From contig NW_005434523.1 of the NCBI RefSeq assembly GCF_000315625.1, positions 29,725-93,724 on the forward strand: 64,000 bases of DNA, written 5' to 3'. This document shows, piece after piece, positions 36,486 to 48,386 of the stretch. Source of the DNA: Guillardia theta CCMP2712. Taxonomy: Eukaryota > Protista > Cryptophyta. The position numbers and the translations under genes were made by a program. The number at the start of each line of letters is the position of its first letter. Positions within the stretch are counted from its first letter, which is position 1. The notes beneath the pieces were generated by a model. The model worked only from the letters and a program-made list of their open reading frames with translations. It was not told the origin of the DNA and did no database searches.

Positions 36486-38691
36486 AGCTGGAAGGTTTTC
36501 ATTTAACAGAGCTTGGTGGGGTATAGCTTACTTGCTGCTCTGCATTGTTTTACACAATTTAATGAATGATTGATGATTTACGCTTGCATGGTTTGGCGTG
36601 TTTGCAACCATCGTCAAGCTAGTAGCAGCAGTAGCAGTAGCACTAGTCAATCACATTTGTTGCCACTGCATCGTTTACTCTTTTTCTACACAGGTTTCCT
36701 CTTATCGTCAGGATGCAAGGAGGGCAAGTCCCAGGAGACTGGCGTTTGCATGCTAATCTGGTTTGCCTGGTTTACGCAGAGTCAAGGAATGTGTTTGATA
36801 CTGAACTTACTGTCAACTCATTGTCGGCGGCTTGAAGGTGACCAGTCTTAGTCGGCAGCCAACAGTTAACCAGCTACTGCAGTGAATGAGCTACCTCTCC
36901 TTGCTTTCCTCGTTCTACAAGCCCGAGCTCTTGTACTGCACCGATCAAGGACCGCCCGTAGCGCGGAGCAGACGTACGGGGGGTACGGGGTGAGCGAGGT
37001 GGAGTTGACCTTGTTCTTGTGCTTCTGCTTCTTCACACCTTACGCTGCTTCTACTGACCTTTGTGAGAAAGAATGTCGAACTCGAGAAACAACAATACTT
37101 CACCAAGATTTCAATTCTCTCCTAACTACCTGTAATTGAATGCTCAAATCATCACAGTTGGAACCCATCTCGACAAGTCTGCTTGTCGGGAGCATCAAGG
37201 GGTGGAGGCCCGGCTTCAACTTCGACGACTGCAGGCATGCAAGAGACCAGCAGGATAAGTCTTCACAACCGGCACGAGGAACTGGTCAACGACGGGACGA
37301 ATGATGTCAGCAGCAGAGCTGTTGATCGCTTAGATCAGGCTCTTTCAAGAAGTCTTGCAACTCAAGAGAGCTTGTTTCAAGATTGCTTGTCCCAGAATAA
37401 AGCTTGCTTTAAACAGTCTAGCTTCGCGTCCTTGAACGATGGTATGCAACCGAACCCAAATTCTTGCTGCTCGTCCTTGTTTGTGCCAAGATGAGCTTGA
37501 CGTCCAATCTCTCATCACGTGCAGGGCCGGCAGCCAAGTTGAGGACTAACTCAAGCGCCGATGGCCACGTTATCAGTCAAAATTGCCCGACAAAGGCCAC
37601 GACAAGACGCGCACAGAAAGCCAGTCTGACCCTCCGCCTCGCACAATCGACGATCGTCTCTTCGATGAGCTTAAGATGCTGATGGTAACTTGTTGTCCCA
37701 TGCGTTGCCTATGACCGGCAAGGTTTCCGTCTCTGCTACCTGCTGACTCAACAATGCCGACGGTAACATGATCAGCCGGAGCAAACATGAGGTCCATTAT
37801 CCCTGCTCTCTTCTCACGTAAGATTTGTCAGGTCAGGTGGGGGGGGTTGTGTCATCGCTTGCATGTCCCCCCGCGACTGGAGGAGAGAGGAGCGGGTCTG
37901 CTTGAAGCCTGCCAACGCCTCAGGGCGGCACAGAAGAGCTTCTGACCGCCTTACACGGAGGTAGACTCCGAGACTACCGGGGGAGACGTAGAGCCTTGAT
38001 CTTGAGATGCCGATGGTAACGTGACAACCACGACCGCAAGTCTAGTCCGCAAGCTGTCACGTCCCGCAGAAAACTTTATGACGTCTATCGCCTTCTCTCT
38101 CGCTCCAGCCACTAGAGCCGCAAGTAGGCGTGCAGATGGCTACGAGATAGGAGCGCTGATCAATACCTCCATGCCGCTTCAAGGCTCACCGCCTCGACCT
38201 CCGAGTCTCATCGCTAGTCCGGCACCGTCTGATCGTAAGTCCTCCCCTACCCTTCTAACTGTCATCTCCTCTTCGAGTCGATCATCCTTCCCTACTCTTT
38301 GAACTAGCTCTCCGGCCTCCCTCTGCTCTCGTCCAGCTGTACAACCCTCCTCGTCATCTCTCGCCCCCTCTCTCCGACCTCTCGAGCTACAATCAATCCT
38401 TGCCACACCTGCACTGACAGCCATTGCAAACGCTCCCTCTACCTGCTGATCCAAACCTCCTCATACCAACTTCTCGGTCCCTCCTATACACTTGTCGCTC
38501 CTTCCCAAGTCACCATCATGGCCAAGAACCCCCATGGTAGCCTGCAATGGGGGGTACACAGGGGAAGGGTAGGATGTGAAGCTTACTAGCAAAGCTCTAC
38601 ATGACGGCTGGTTATTTCGAGGCTGGCAAAGGGCCTGTCCTGGTCTGGAATTTACTGCACAGCGAGATGAAGACGAGAAGCTCAAGAGAGA

Positions 38692-39212
38692 AGAGCAAGA
38701 GTCATGACCAGGCATGAAGACGAGCAAGAGTCATGACCAGGCACGAAGACGAGCAAGAGTCATGACGAGGCACGAAGACGAGCAAGAGTCATGACCAGGC
38801 ATGAAGACGAGCAAGAGTCATGACGAGGCACGAAGACGAGCAAGAGTCATGACCAGGCACGAAGACGAGCAAGAGTCATGACCAGGCACGAAGACGAGCA
38901 AGAGTCATGACGAGGCACGAAGACGAGCAAGAGTCATGACGAGGCACGAAGACGAGCAAGAGTCATGACCAGGCACGAAGACGAGCAAGAGTCATGACCA
39001 GGCACGAAGACGAGCAAGAGTCATGACGAGGCACGAAGACGAGCAAGAGTCATGACGAGGCACGAAGACGAGCAAGAGTCATGACCAGGCACGAAGACGA
39101 GCAAGAGTCATGACCAGGCACGAAGACGAGCAAGAGTCATGACGAGGCACGAAGACGAGCAAGAGTCATGACGAGGCACGAAGACGAGCAAGAGTCATGA
39201 CGAGGCACGAAG
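38692..39212 (-). repeat. 29-bp minisatellite, about 18 copies (inverted partner of 22980-23357)
   Basis: GACGAGCAAGAGTCATGACSAGGCACGAA units. Confidence 0.95.
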
Positions 39213-40019
39213 AAGAGGTCACCTGAGGAGATGAAGATGAGATAGGCTGATGAATGCGTTAGCAAAGAGAAGAGTGGCGGAGGAGGGGAGAATGCAAGGG
39301 TAGCAAAGTGGGGAAAACATGGAATAGCGTTGGAATAAGGACCGAAGAGGAGGAGACACGCGCATTGCATGAGGGACAAGACAAGAAGATCAAGAGTTCA
39401 TGGGCTGAGTACTCAGATCGATGGAGTGGAAAACGCTGATGAGGCCGGGAAGGGAGGAGGGAAGGGAGAGCGATAATGAAATCAATAGCTGTCAACAATA
39501 GATCAATGCTTCAACAGTGTTTGAAATAGATCAATTTTTCAAGAGCAGTTTCATTGTCTCCATTCTCGAAAGCAGATTGCAGCGAACTAGCGCCTAGTGG
39601 AGATGATTGCAAGAATAGGTCTTACATTAAAGAGTATAATATCAATGCTTGAGAGGTATGAGGCTGGGGAGGTAACCACAAGCAGTACGTGATCGATCCT
39701 GGTACGTCACAAGCAAACGGATACTTTCCTGCAGTGACTGGAGGCCGCCAGGTCTCGCAATCGTTACGGGGCAGCAGTCTGCGTGAGCATGGAGGGAGCG
39801 GTAGCGACCAGGAACCCTCGAAGAGCCGCACATCCTGGCGCACTGATGGTGGAAGGGACGTGACGACAATGCAGCTGGACTCAGGTAGCGTCATCGCCAC
39901 CAAGTCTTTCTTTGTCACGGTCCGAAGAGTAAAACGACATGTACAAGAGTCGGCACTGACCTCTGCTAACTCCAAGGCTTCGGGAGCTCCAGGGCCACAA
40001 CCTATCAGATCATTGCAAG

Positions 40020-40300
40020 TTAGCTGAAGTCCAATCCTGTTTCTTCAAGAAACAACTTGGTTGCTGACGTGATGCGCTGAAGGTCAGTCTGTAGAGATTG
40101 ATCTCGGAGGCGTTCAAAGAACGCTCGAGGATGAATCTTGGTCATGAGATCTGCAAGGTTACCTTGGGTACTGATATGAAAGATCTCTATGATGCCTTCC
40201 TGAGCTTTCTCACGTACATAATGGAATTGCATATCAGAGTGACATGATCTGCCCTGATGGAGGGAGTGTTGAGAAAATTGATTATCCACGTAGATAATGG
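40020..40300 (-). mobile_element. Ty1/copia pol remnant (RNase H C-terminus)
   Basis: IIYVDNQ...HSDMQFHYVREKAQEGIIEIFHISTQGNLADLMTKIHPRAFFERLR matches the copia RNase H pattern (DNQ...HID..HF.RE...N.AD.LTK). Confidence 0.85.
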
Positions 40301-40379
40301 AAGGAGCTGAAAGAGTATGTGCAGCTCTTGAACCAGGTTGCGCAGATACACTACATTGTAGAACGCCATTGAGAACGCC

Positions 40380-43300
40380 CGCTTCCATGCTGCTGGTGCC
40401 ACCCATGATGGCCAGGAGTCGAGACATCGATTTCGTTCCAAGGCCGTCATATGATCCTCAGGATTCTGAGATCAAGGAGGAATCAACGGTTCTCGCAGAA
40501 AATGACACTAATCAACGGCTGCTTATTGAACTTGCTGAAAGTCAGGCTAAGATCGCACAGCTGCAGGAAATTGTGGCTGCTTTGAAGGGTCAATGCCAGA
40601 CGCCAAGTGGGGAAGGACAGGAGAATCGTCATCCATCTTCCACAGGACCAGCGGAACCGAAGAAAGTCAAGAGGCTTTTTGATTCGCGCAACTCGAGGAA
40701 ATTCAATGGTGAGATGGAAGTGGCCCTGAGTTCTCAGTTGTCAGCTGGTTGGCGACGTTGGAGTTCCAGCTGATGTCTTCCACAGGAGCAGTGGGTCAAC
40801 TCTGCTAAAGGCTTCACGGGTGAGAATGTGACCAACTGCCTGCTGGAACGCGAGCATGGATAGACAGGAGAAGATGAAGTGGGAGGCATTGAATACAGGA
40901 CGGATGTCATGGGAAGACTTTACCAAACTCATGAAGAAGATGCGGTTGTCTCCAGATTTTCCGATCCGGCTGATGACTCTATTGCGGGACATGAAGCAGG
41001 GCCCGAAAGAGTCAATCTCCAACTTCATTCAGAGATATTCGGCGATGACGAATCTGCTAGTTGCTTTTTCTCCGGATAAGGTATCGTTCGGCAACTTCGT
41101 CATCGAACAGATATTTGTGAACAACGTGTCCTCAAGAACTGTTCAATCGCGGCTGATTGAACTGTTGTCACCACTTCGGGAAGCGGCAAGGGCATACGCA
41201 CAGGAGGCGGGCCAGGAGTACATGGTACCGTTGGCTTCAAGTTGCTACCTACCCACACTGTTCGAGAAGGCAGTTTCTGCGGCCCCGTGCAAAGTTGATA
41301 CGGCTGCGACAGTGGCACTTGGAGCCGCTCGATCCGGTAAGGAAGACAGGAGCTCTATGAAGCAAAGGATAGGAAGCGGCTCAGGTGTTTCGAGTGCGGA
41401 GAAGAAGGGCACATACGTGCGAAGTGTCCGAAACTGACCAGCACTCAGCCTTTGAACGAGGATCGTCGCCTAGCGAAGGGGAGACCCTAGGCGACGCCAA
41501 CCCCTCCCTCCCCCCTTCCTTCCCTGTGCCATCACTTACACGCTTCCACAGGATCAGCGGTCGCAACGCAAAAACAAATGTTGACCACGCCTTTCAAGGT
41601 CCTGCATGGCGGTGTTGGACGGGAGGAAAGAAACGCTGCGTGCACTACTGGATACAGGGGCGGACGAGACCTTCATCGATGAGCAGGTGGCTCGGAGGAT
41701 GGGGCTCTGGTCGGACTAAAGCGCGCAGCTCGGGTCAGACGAACCCATCGCGGTGGAGATGGTGAACGGTGTTCGTGAGATATCCAATGGATCTGTGACA
41801 CTTGAGTTTGCTTTGGGACCACGATTCCAGAGTCAGGCAAGGTTCTACATCATCTGCCTCCAGCATACTGACGTGATTCTTTCGTCGATTGACGAGTGGA
41901 AAGCAGATGCCCGGTTTAGAAAAGGTCGAGTACAGCTTCCGGTGGAGGTACGACCAGATCATGCGGACAAGTCACGCCGACTGTGCTTGTCTACTGAGGA
42001 GTTAATGCATGATATTCGGGCTGGTGAAGTCGTGGAGTTTTATCAGATCAATCTAGCACAGAAGACGACGACTGATGGGAATGATCAAACTCAGTTGTAC
42101 ACCAAACAGCTTCTGAAGGATTACCAGGACGTTGTTGTGGATGAGATCCCGGTGGGAGCGAAGTCAAATCGTGAGTTCTAGGCTAAAATCGAGTTACGTG
42201 AAGGTGCTCAACCAGTTCAGAGCAAGCCTTATCCGATTCCAATCGCACTTGAGGGAGACTACAGGAGGCTTTATCGTACATGCTGCAAAGGGATATGAAC
42301 GAACTCTCATCTCATCGTCAGTCTTCTCTAGCCCTGTGATCTGTGGGAAGAAGAAGGATGGAGCTGCAAGGTTTTGTGTGAACTTGAGGAATATCAATCA
42401 AATCGTAGGGAACCATGACTATCCGCTACCGATTGTTCAAGGGTTGATCGAGCGGATTGGACGAAGGATACAACAACGCAAACCCGAGCTGATGCAAGAA
42501 GGGGTCTGCCGGAGCAGATCAGAGTCTGTATCTCCAGCATGGACGTCTCTCGTTCATATTGGCAGGTCGAGCTGGAAGAGGGTTTCAAACCCATCACCTC
42601 GTTTGTTTGCAAGTTGGGCAAGTTTCACTTTACCAGCCTACCCCTCGGATTGGTCGACTCAGATTCTCAGTTCCAACGCTTCTTAGAGTCAGTGTTGAAA
42701 GGCTTGGAGGATACATTCTCGTACATTGACGATGTGACATCAATTTCAGTCGGGACGATACAAGATCATCATCGTCAGATCCGAGGTGTTCTGGACCAAT
42801 TTTGGAAGGAGACGCTTTTTGTGAAGAAATCAAAATGTCAGTTCTTTGTCAATGAGCTGGATTTCTTGGGATTTCGTATTGGAGAATCAGGAATTCGTAC
42901 GCAACAGCCGAAGGTGGAGGCTATTCTGGCGCGACCGGCGCCTAGCAACGTGAAAGAAGTGAAATCTTGGCTGGGAGTAGGGAACTACTATAGGCGATTT
43001 ATCCCTGAGTTCGCGGAGCTAGACATACCCCTGACCAATCTTTTGAAGGAGAATTTCAAGTTTGTGTCGGACGAGGCTTGCCAAGCGTCCCTAGATCAGT
43101 TGAAGAAGGCGTTCGTCAACCTCCGGTTCTTCAATATTTCAATCCAGATTTGCACCCCATCTGTTTGTCGATGCAAGTGATAAGGCGATTGGAGCAACAG
43201 TGATGCAACAGTCAGACGGACAAACATTTCTACCTGTGGGCTTCTGCAGCAAAAGATTGAACCCGGCACAGATGAACTATCCTGTTCGTGAACGAGAATG

Positions 43301-43870
43301 TTTAGCGATTGTGTCGGCCTTGCTGCATTTTCAATACTTTCTGTATGGGCAGAAAATTGTCATCCATACGGACCATCAGAGTTTGAAATACTTGCTTTCT
43401 CAGAAGTGTCTGAAAGGACGGTTGTTCAGGTGGACTCAACTACTTGCGGACTACACTCTCGAAGAAGTGCAGTATTTCCCTGGAACCGAGAACGTCTTGG
43501 CTGATTTTCTTTCGAGACCTTCTGACCTAGTAGGGACAGAGAGTGGAATAGTGATGGCTGAGTCATCTACCATCGCTGATGATACTCCTGGAAGATTCAA
43601 TTCAGATCCCACGGTATTTGCAGTGAACAACATTCAACCTTGGATGTTGGCTCTCAGCCTCCTGCTCCCATCGTCGCGGCAGATGGTGACTTCTACGGAG
43701 TGAAAAAGATTTTGCGTCGTCGGGGCTCAGGCAATCGTACAGAATATCTTGTTCGATGGGAGGGCTATGATGATCCTATTCAAGATTCTTGGCTCCCATC
43801 TTCTGAGTTACGAGCGCCTACTTTGCGCAAGATGGTGCGCGACTTTAATGATGCTCTGCGTCGACATTGA
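40380..43870 (+). mobile_element. Degenerate Ty3/gypsy chromovirus: gag, PR, RT, RNase H and chromodomain; integrase absent; frameshifted
   Basis: gag-like ORFs at 40297-41437. Protease ALLDTGA at ~41642. RT motifs ARFCVNLRNIN, SYWQV and SYIDD. RNase H motifs RERECLAI, TDHQSL and NVLADFLSR. Chromodomain VKKILRRRGSGNRTEYLVRWEGYDDPIQDSWLP. Confidence 0.9.
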
Positions 43871-44113
43871 TCTTTTGAGGTTGCTTGCTTTCTTTAACTT
43901 CAACAGCGAAGTACTTGGTTGCTCCAAGCTCAACAAGCTTGCAAGTGGGAACGAAATGTTACGAAAAGGTTACCGTAAGTTTCTGCCGGCCGTTGTTCTT
44001 CTGGTAGTCATTTTGATTTGAGAATGAAACGATGCGATTGACTGTCCCAGATTTTGCTTTTCGAATGGGTAGGCACTATATGGAAATATACTATTAGCTC
44101 AATCGAGAAAAAT

Positions 44114-44421
44114 TGTTAGAATGTAGGGAGGGTACGCTGCTATATGAGCAGTCAGGGGACCCCACCCCCTGTCAGTATATATTGAAAGCACCTGTGAATA
44201 TTTCGGGTTAAATTTCAAATCACTTTGAATAAAGTCAAAAACTTGGAATCTGGGAGCCGGCGGGAAACGGCCCTAAAAGGCCTTTCTGACCGAGGACGTC
44301 GTTTGTTCTAGACAGGTTCAGGCAGAGGCAGTGGTGTGTGTGTGTGCTGGTAAAACTCTTTCTCTACTTCCTTGTTGTGAGTTGAGAGATCAGATAGTAA
44401 CAGTAGATCCACGTCCTAACA
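44114..44421 (+). mobile_element. LTR-like element of 308 bp (TGTTAG...CTAACA): solo LTR or 3' LTR of the upstream gypsy
   Basis: 6-bp inverted termini, internal TATATA (~44176) and AATAAA (~44228). No second copy in the window and no clear target-site duplication (TSD). Confidence 0.45.
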
Positions 44422-45010
44422 AAAAGACAAGTACACGACAGAGAAGAAAATATCAAATCTGATTGTATTAAAAAGGCAGGCAAGGCAGGCATATTCGAGA
44501 AGAAATACCGAGAAACTCTTTCCTTAAACTTCATGCCGCCTCAGTGCGCTGTTGAGTCGATGCTTTTACATGTGCAATCTCATGTCTCATCTAAATATCT
44601 CTCAGCCGAGCTTTCTAATGATCGAACTATCATGTCTGATCAAGCTTACTCTGTCCACTTACACCCGCAAGACTTTGCCTACGGTAAATGCCTTCCAATC
44701 CTGCTGTCGTCTCATTCACGCTATTCAAAGTCCCGGGATCAGCTTTCATCGCTCTCCATCTTGCAAACTTATCTGTCTCTCCCTCTTCTCTCGTACGCTT
44801 CCCCCGCTCCCCCTTCGTAGGCTCCGCAGCTCCAACATCCACCTGCTCAGGCTGTCTCCCTACAAGCGACTTGAAGCACATTTATTGTTCTACCGCTTCA
44901 ACACAAACATTCATATCAGCCCTGGGTGACTTAACGCGAATTGACTCGCCTCCTACGCTCCCTCCCTCCACGTCCCCGCTTGCTCCCTATACAGACCCTC
45001 TCCTCTTTCT

Positions 45011-45934
45011 TCAAGCCCATCCCCATCCGTCGCTCCACACAGAGCAGACCGTCCTCCCTAAGCCCGTCACCTCCTCCGGCGTCTCCCACCATCCTACCCG
45101 CGGGAGCTCTTCTTTCTCCAGCAAGCTCTCCTCCTCCTCCTCCCTCGCCTCGCCTGGGATGCTCAGATCGAAGGGCTCCTCCTTGACAGACATGACACCA
45201 GGCCAGACGCTGGACAAGCCATCGAATGCGATCTCATCCTCGTCGTGTGCCTCAACCGATCTTGTTTCTGACCCCTCCTCCACCCACGCCCCCTCCTTCC
45301 CAGAGACTTTCTTCCCTTCCAATCCATCCTTCTTGCCTGCCTTGTGCTTGTTGCGGTACACCCGACGCGGCGCCTTGCTCCAGTTCACCGTCATCTCCGC
45401 CCACGCCCCGTACCTCTCCCGGCAGCACTGCTCCAGCGCCTCCAGGCTCACGTCCGCCCCGAGCCTCCACGCGAGCTGGCGGAGCTTGAGCCAGGCCTGC
45501 CGGAGCTCCTGGAGCTCGTGGGGGTCGTCGGGGTTCCTCCAGCGGCGGTTGGAGAAGAAGTAGCGCGCGCTGCTGCTCCTCGAGAAGTCCGTCGCCTCCA
45601 CCTCGTCGGGGAGGATGCAGCGGTCGCGGATCTTGGTGAAGCCGTTGTGCTCGAGGACCTTGTTGAACTCCACCTCCCTCACCCCGTACCCCCCGAACGT
45701 CTGCTCCGCGCTACGGGCGGCGGCCGGGATGCAGTCGCAGAGGGCGTCGTACAGGGAGAGGCGGCCCTTGCGGGGGATGAAGAGGTGGCTGAGGGAGGCA
45801 GGGACGGCTCGGGAGACCTGAGAGTAGAGGTGAGGTCTGAGGAGGAAAGGGTCATGAGGAGAGGAGGGGCATACCGCTTGGGCGAAGGCGAGTGCGACGG
45901 CCTTGGAGGCGGGGGAGGCAGAGGGCCGGACCAT
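45011..45934 (-). CDS. Expanded family copy 8
   Basis: ATG at 45934, the conserved intron and an intact domain. The tail reads NKHKAGKK...GWWETPEE. Motif upstream at 46222-46243. Confidence 0.85.
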   Translation of the reverse strand: MVRPSASPASKAVALAFAQAVCPSSPHDPFLLRPHLYSQVSRAVPASLSHLFIPRKGRLSLYDALCDCIPAAARSAEQTFGGYGVREVEFNKVLEHNGFTKIRDRCILPDEVEATDFSRSSSARYFFSNRRWRNPDDPHELQELRQAWLKLRQLAWRLGADVSLEALEQCCRERYGAWAEMTVNWSKAPRRVYRNKHKAGKKDGLEGKKVSGKEGAWVEEGSETRSVEAHDEDEIAFDGLSSVWPGVMSVKEEPFDLSIPGEAREEEEESLLEKEELPRVGWWETPEEVTGLGRTVCSVWSDGWGWA

Positions 45935-47219
45935 GGATGTATCGTACTGTGTGAGATGTGGGGGAAGTGCCAAGTGCTGTTGCAGGGCCAAGGGAGGTAT
46001 GTGGGTACGGATACTACTTGAGGGAGAGGGAGAACACTTGGGGACACGCCAGGGAACGGGGAGAGTACACCCCACCCCCATTCGCTTCCGCACCCGTTTT
46101 CCCCTCGAAAATAGACCGGTACTCCGCAAATACATTTTGATCTCCCACCCCCTAGATTGCCCTTGTTTTCACCCCTACTCGATGAGATTTCATAAAATTG
46201 CCTTTTAGGCACCGAAAATTAAGATTCCGATGGTAACGTGACCGTCAACTTACAGTTCAGCAGTAAAGAAAAAAATAGTAATTTTTCTTTTTTCGGGATC
46301 TTCCTGGGTCAGTAATAAACGACTGTACACTGCCACCCCCCTTGCGGACACAATTTTCAGGGGTCCTTCCATGGGGAGCCTCCGACAATTTTGTGTGCGG
46401 AAGTTCACACGGAAAGTTCCGGGCTGGCCTCAGGCAGATACTATTATTTTATATCACTCTCTCCTGGATCATCCGTTATCATTCCGTTATGATGGGCGCA
46501 GGGACCATTAGGTCCAATTGTGTGTGGTACTAATTTTTACTCAAGCGGCCCTGCAGATTTCAAGAACTTTCAGTGAATCTTCGTAAAAGTCTATTTTAGC
46601 TGAATCGCGCGATTGTGAAACGTTGAGTTTGAATATGATCGTGCAAGCCTCTATGTGAAGCCTCGGGTGGGGAGACGGGCACGAAAACTTATACCTCGAA
46701 AACCGGTCCGCCGGACCCGGGCGGTCACGGTGGCGACCGGAGGCGCCGAGGCTGGGAGGCCGCCGTGGAAAAGCTCACAATAGCAAAGTTAAACTTTAGT
46801 AAAGCCAGTTGCTGGTTGTATGAAGCTCTTTGAGGACTCAGAAAAAAAGGCAAAAACCGACCGGAGGGAGGAAAGTTTTTGGTTCAGATATAGCGCATGT
46901 TTTTTTCCTGTACTCCCGATCCGACGGAATCTCGAGAGCTCTTGGCGGTATCAATGACTGGGTGCATTATACTCCGGCTGGTGCCGAACCTCGCCTTGCT
47001 GAAAGAAGTGGTACTCAGTCGACGAAACGGTGTGAGATCATTCGGCAATAAGCGTAAAAGTAGTTTTAGTTGTCAACTATAAGTCCTCCTTTGCCGTTCC
47101 CCCCTCTTCATCTCTCCTTCCCCGTCCATCCAAGCCATCAATCCCCTTCAACAGCAGATCAAGCCACCTCATTACTCTCCTCGCCCCTTGCTACCTCCCG
47201 TCGTTGAAGACATTCCACC

Positions 47220-48142
47220 ATGGTTCGGCCCTCTGCCTCCCCCGCCTCCAAGGCCGTCGCCCTCGCCTTCGCCCAAGCGGTATGCCCCTCGCCTCCTCTC
47301 CTCCTCTGCTCTGCTCTGACACCTGCTCCCTTCAGGTCTCCCGAGCCGTCCCTGCCTCCCTCAGCCACCTCTTCATCCCCCGCAAGGGCCGCCTCTCCCT
47401 CTACGACGCCCTCTGCGACTGCATCCCGGCCGCCGCCCGTAGCGCGGAGCAGACGTTCGGGGGGTACGGGGTGAGGGAGGTGGAGTTCAACAAGGTCCTC
47501 GAGCACAACGGCTTCACCAAGATCCGCGACCGCCGAGTCATCCCCGACGTCCTGGGGGAGACGGACTTCTCGAGGAGCAGCAGCGCGCGCTACTTCTTCT
47601 CCAACCGCCGCTGGAGGAACCCCGACGACCCCCACGAGCTCCAGGAGCTCCGGCAGGCCTGGCTCAAGCTCCGCCAGCTCGCGTGGAGGCTCGGGGCGGA
47701 CGTGAGCCTGGAGGCGTTGGAGCAGTGCTGCCGGGAGAGGTACGGGGCGTGGGCGGAGATGACGGTGAACTGGAGCAAGGCGCCGCGTCGGGTGTACCGC
47801 AACAAGCACAAGGCAGGCAAGAAGGATGGATTGGAAGGGAAGAAAGTCTCTGGGAAGGAGGGGGCGTGGGTTGAGGAGGGGTCAGAAACAAGATCGGTTG
47901 AGGCACACGACGAGGATGAGATCGCATTCGATGGCTTGTCCAGCGTCTGGCCTGGTGTCATGTCGGTCAAGGAGGAGCCCTTCGATCTGAGCATGCCAGG
48001 CGAGGCGAGGGAGGAGGAGGAGGAGAGCTTGCTGGAGAAAGAAGAGCTCCCGCGGGTAGGATGGTGGGAGACGCCGGAGGAGGTGACGGGCTTAGGGAGG
48101 ACGGTCTGCTCTGTGTGGAGCGACGGATGGGGATGGGCGTGA
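47220..48142 (+). CDS. Expanded family copy 9 (inverted partner of copy 8)
   Basis: The tail and 3' flank are nearly identical to copy 8. It carries a local variant RVIPDVLGE in the domain and a different promoter, shared with copy 10. Confidence 0.85.
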
Positions 48143-48386
48143 AGAAAGAGGGTCTGTATAGGGAGCAAGCGGGGACGTGGAGGGAGGGAGCGTAGGAGGC
48201 GAGTCAAGTCAAGTTAAGTAGCAATGTCATTTTCCAGGTCTGATATGAATGTTTGTGTTGAAGCGGTAGAACAATAAATGTGCATCAAGTCGCTTGTAGG
48301 GAGACAGCCTGAGCTTAACAAATCACTATGCCAACACTTAAACGCTACTTCATCAATCACTACGCCAACTCAACGCTACCAAATTG

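Larger units (their letters stand above)
35528..39247 (+). repeat. Right arm of the large imperfect inverted repeat
   Basis: Reverse complement of 22946-27294. The outer end GATAGGC at 39247 matches GCCTATC at 22946. Confidence 0.85.
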
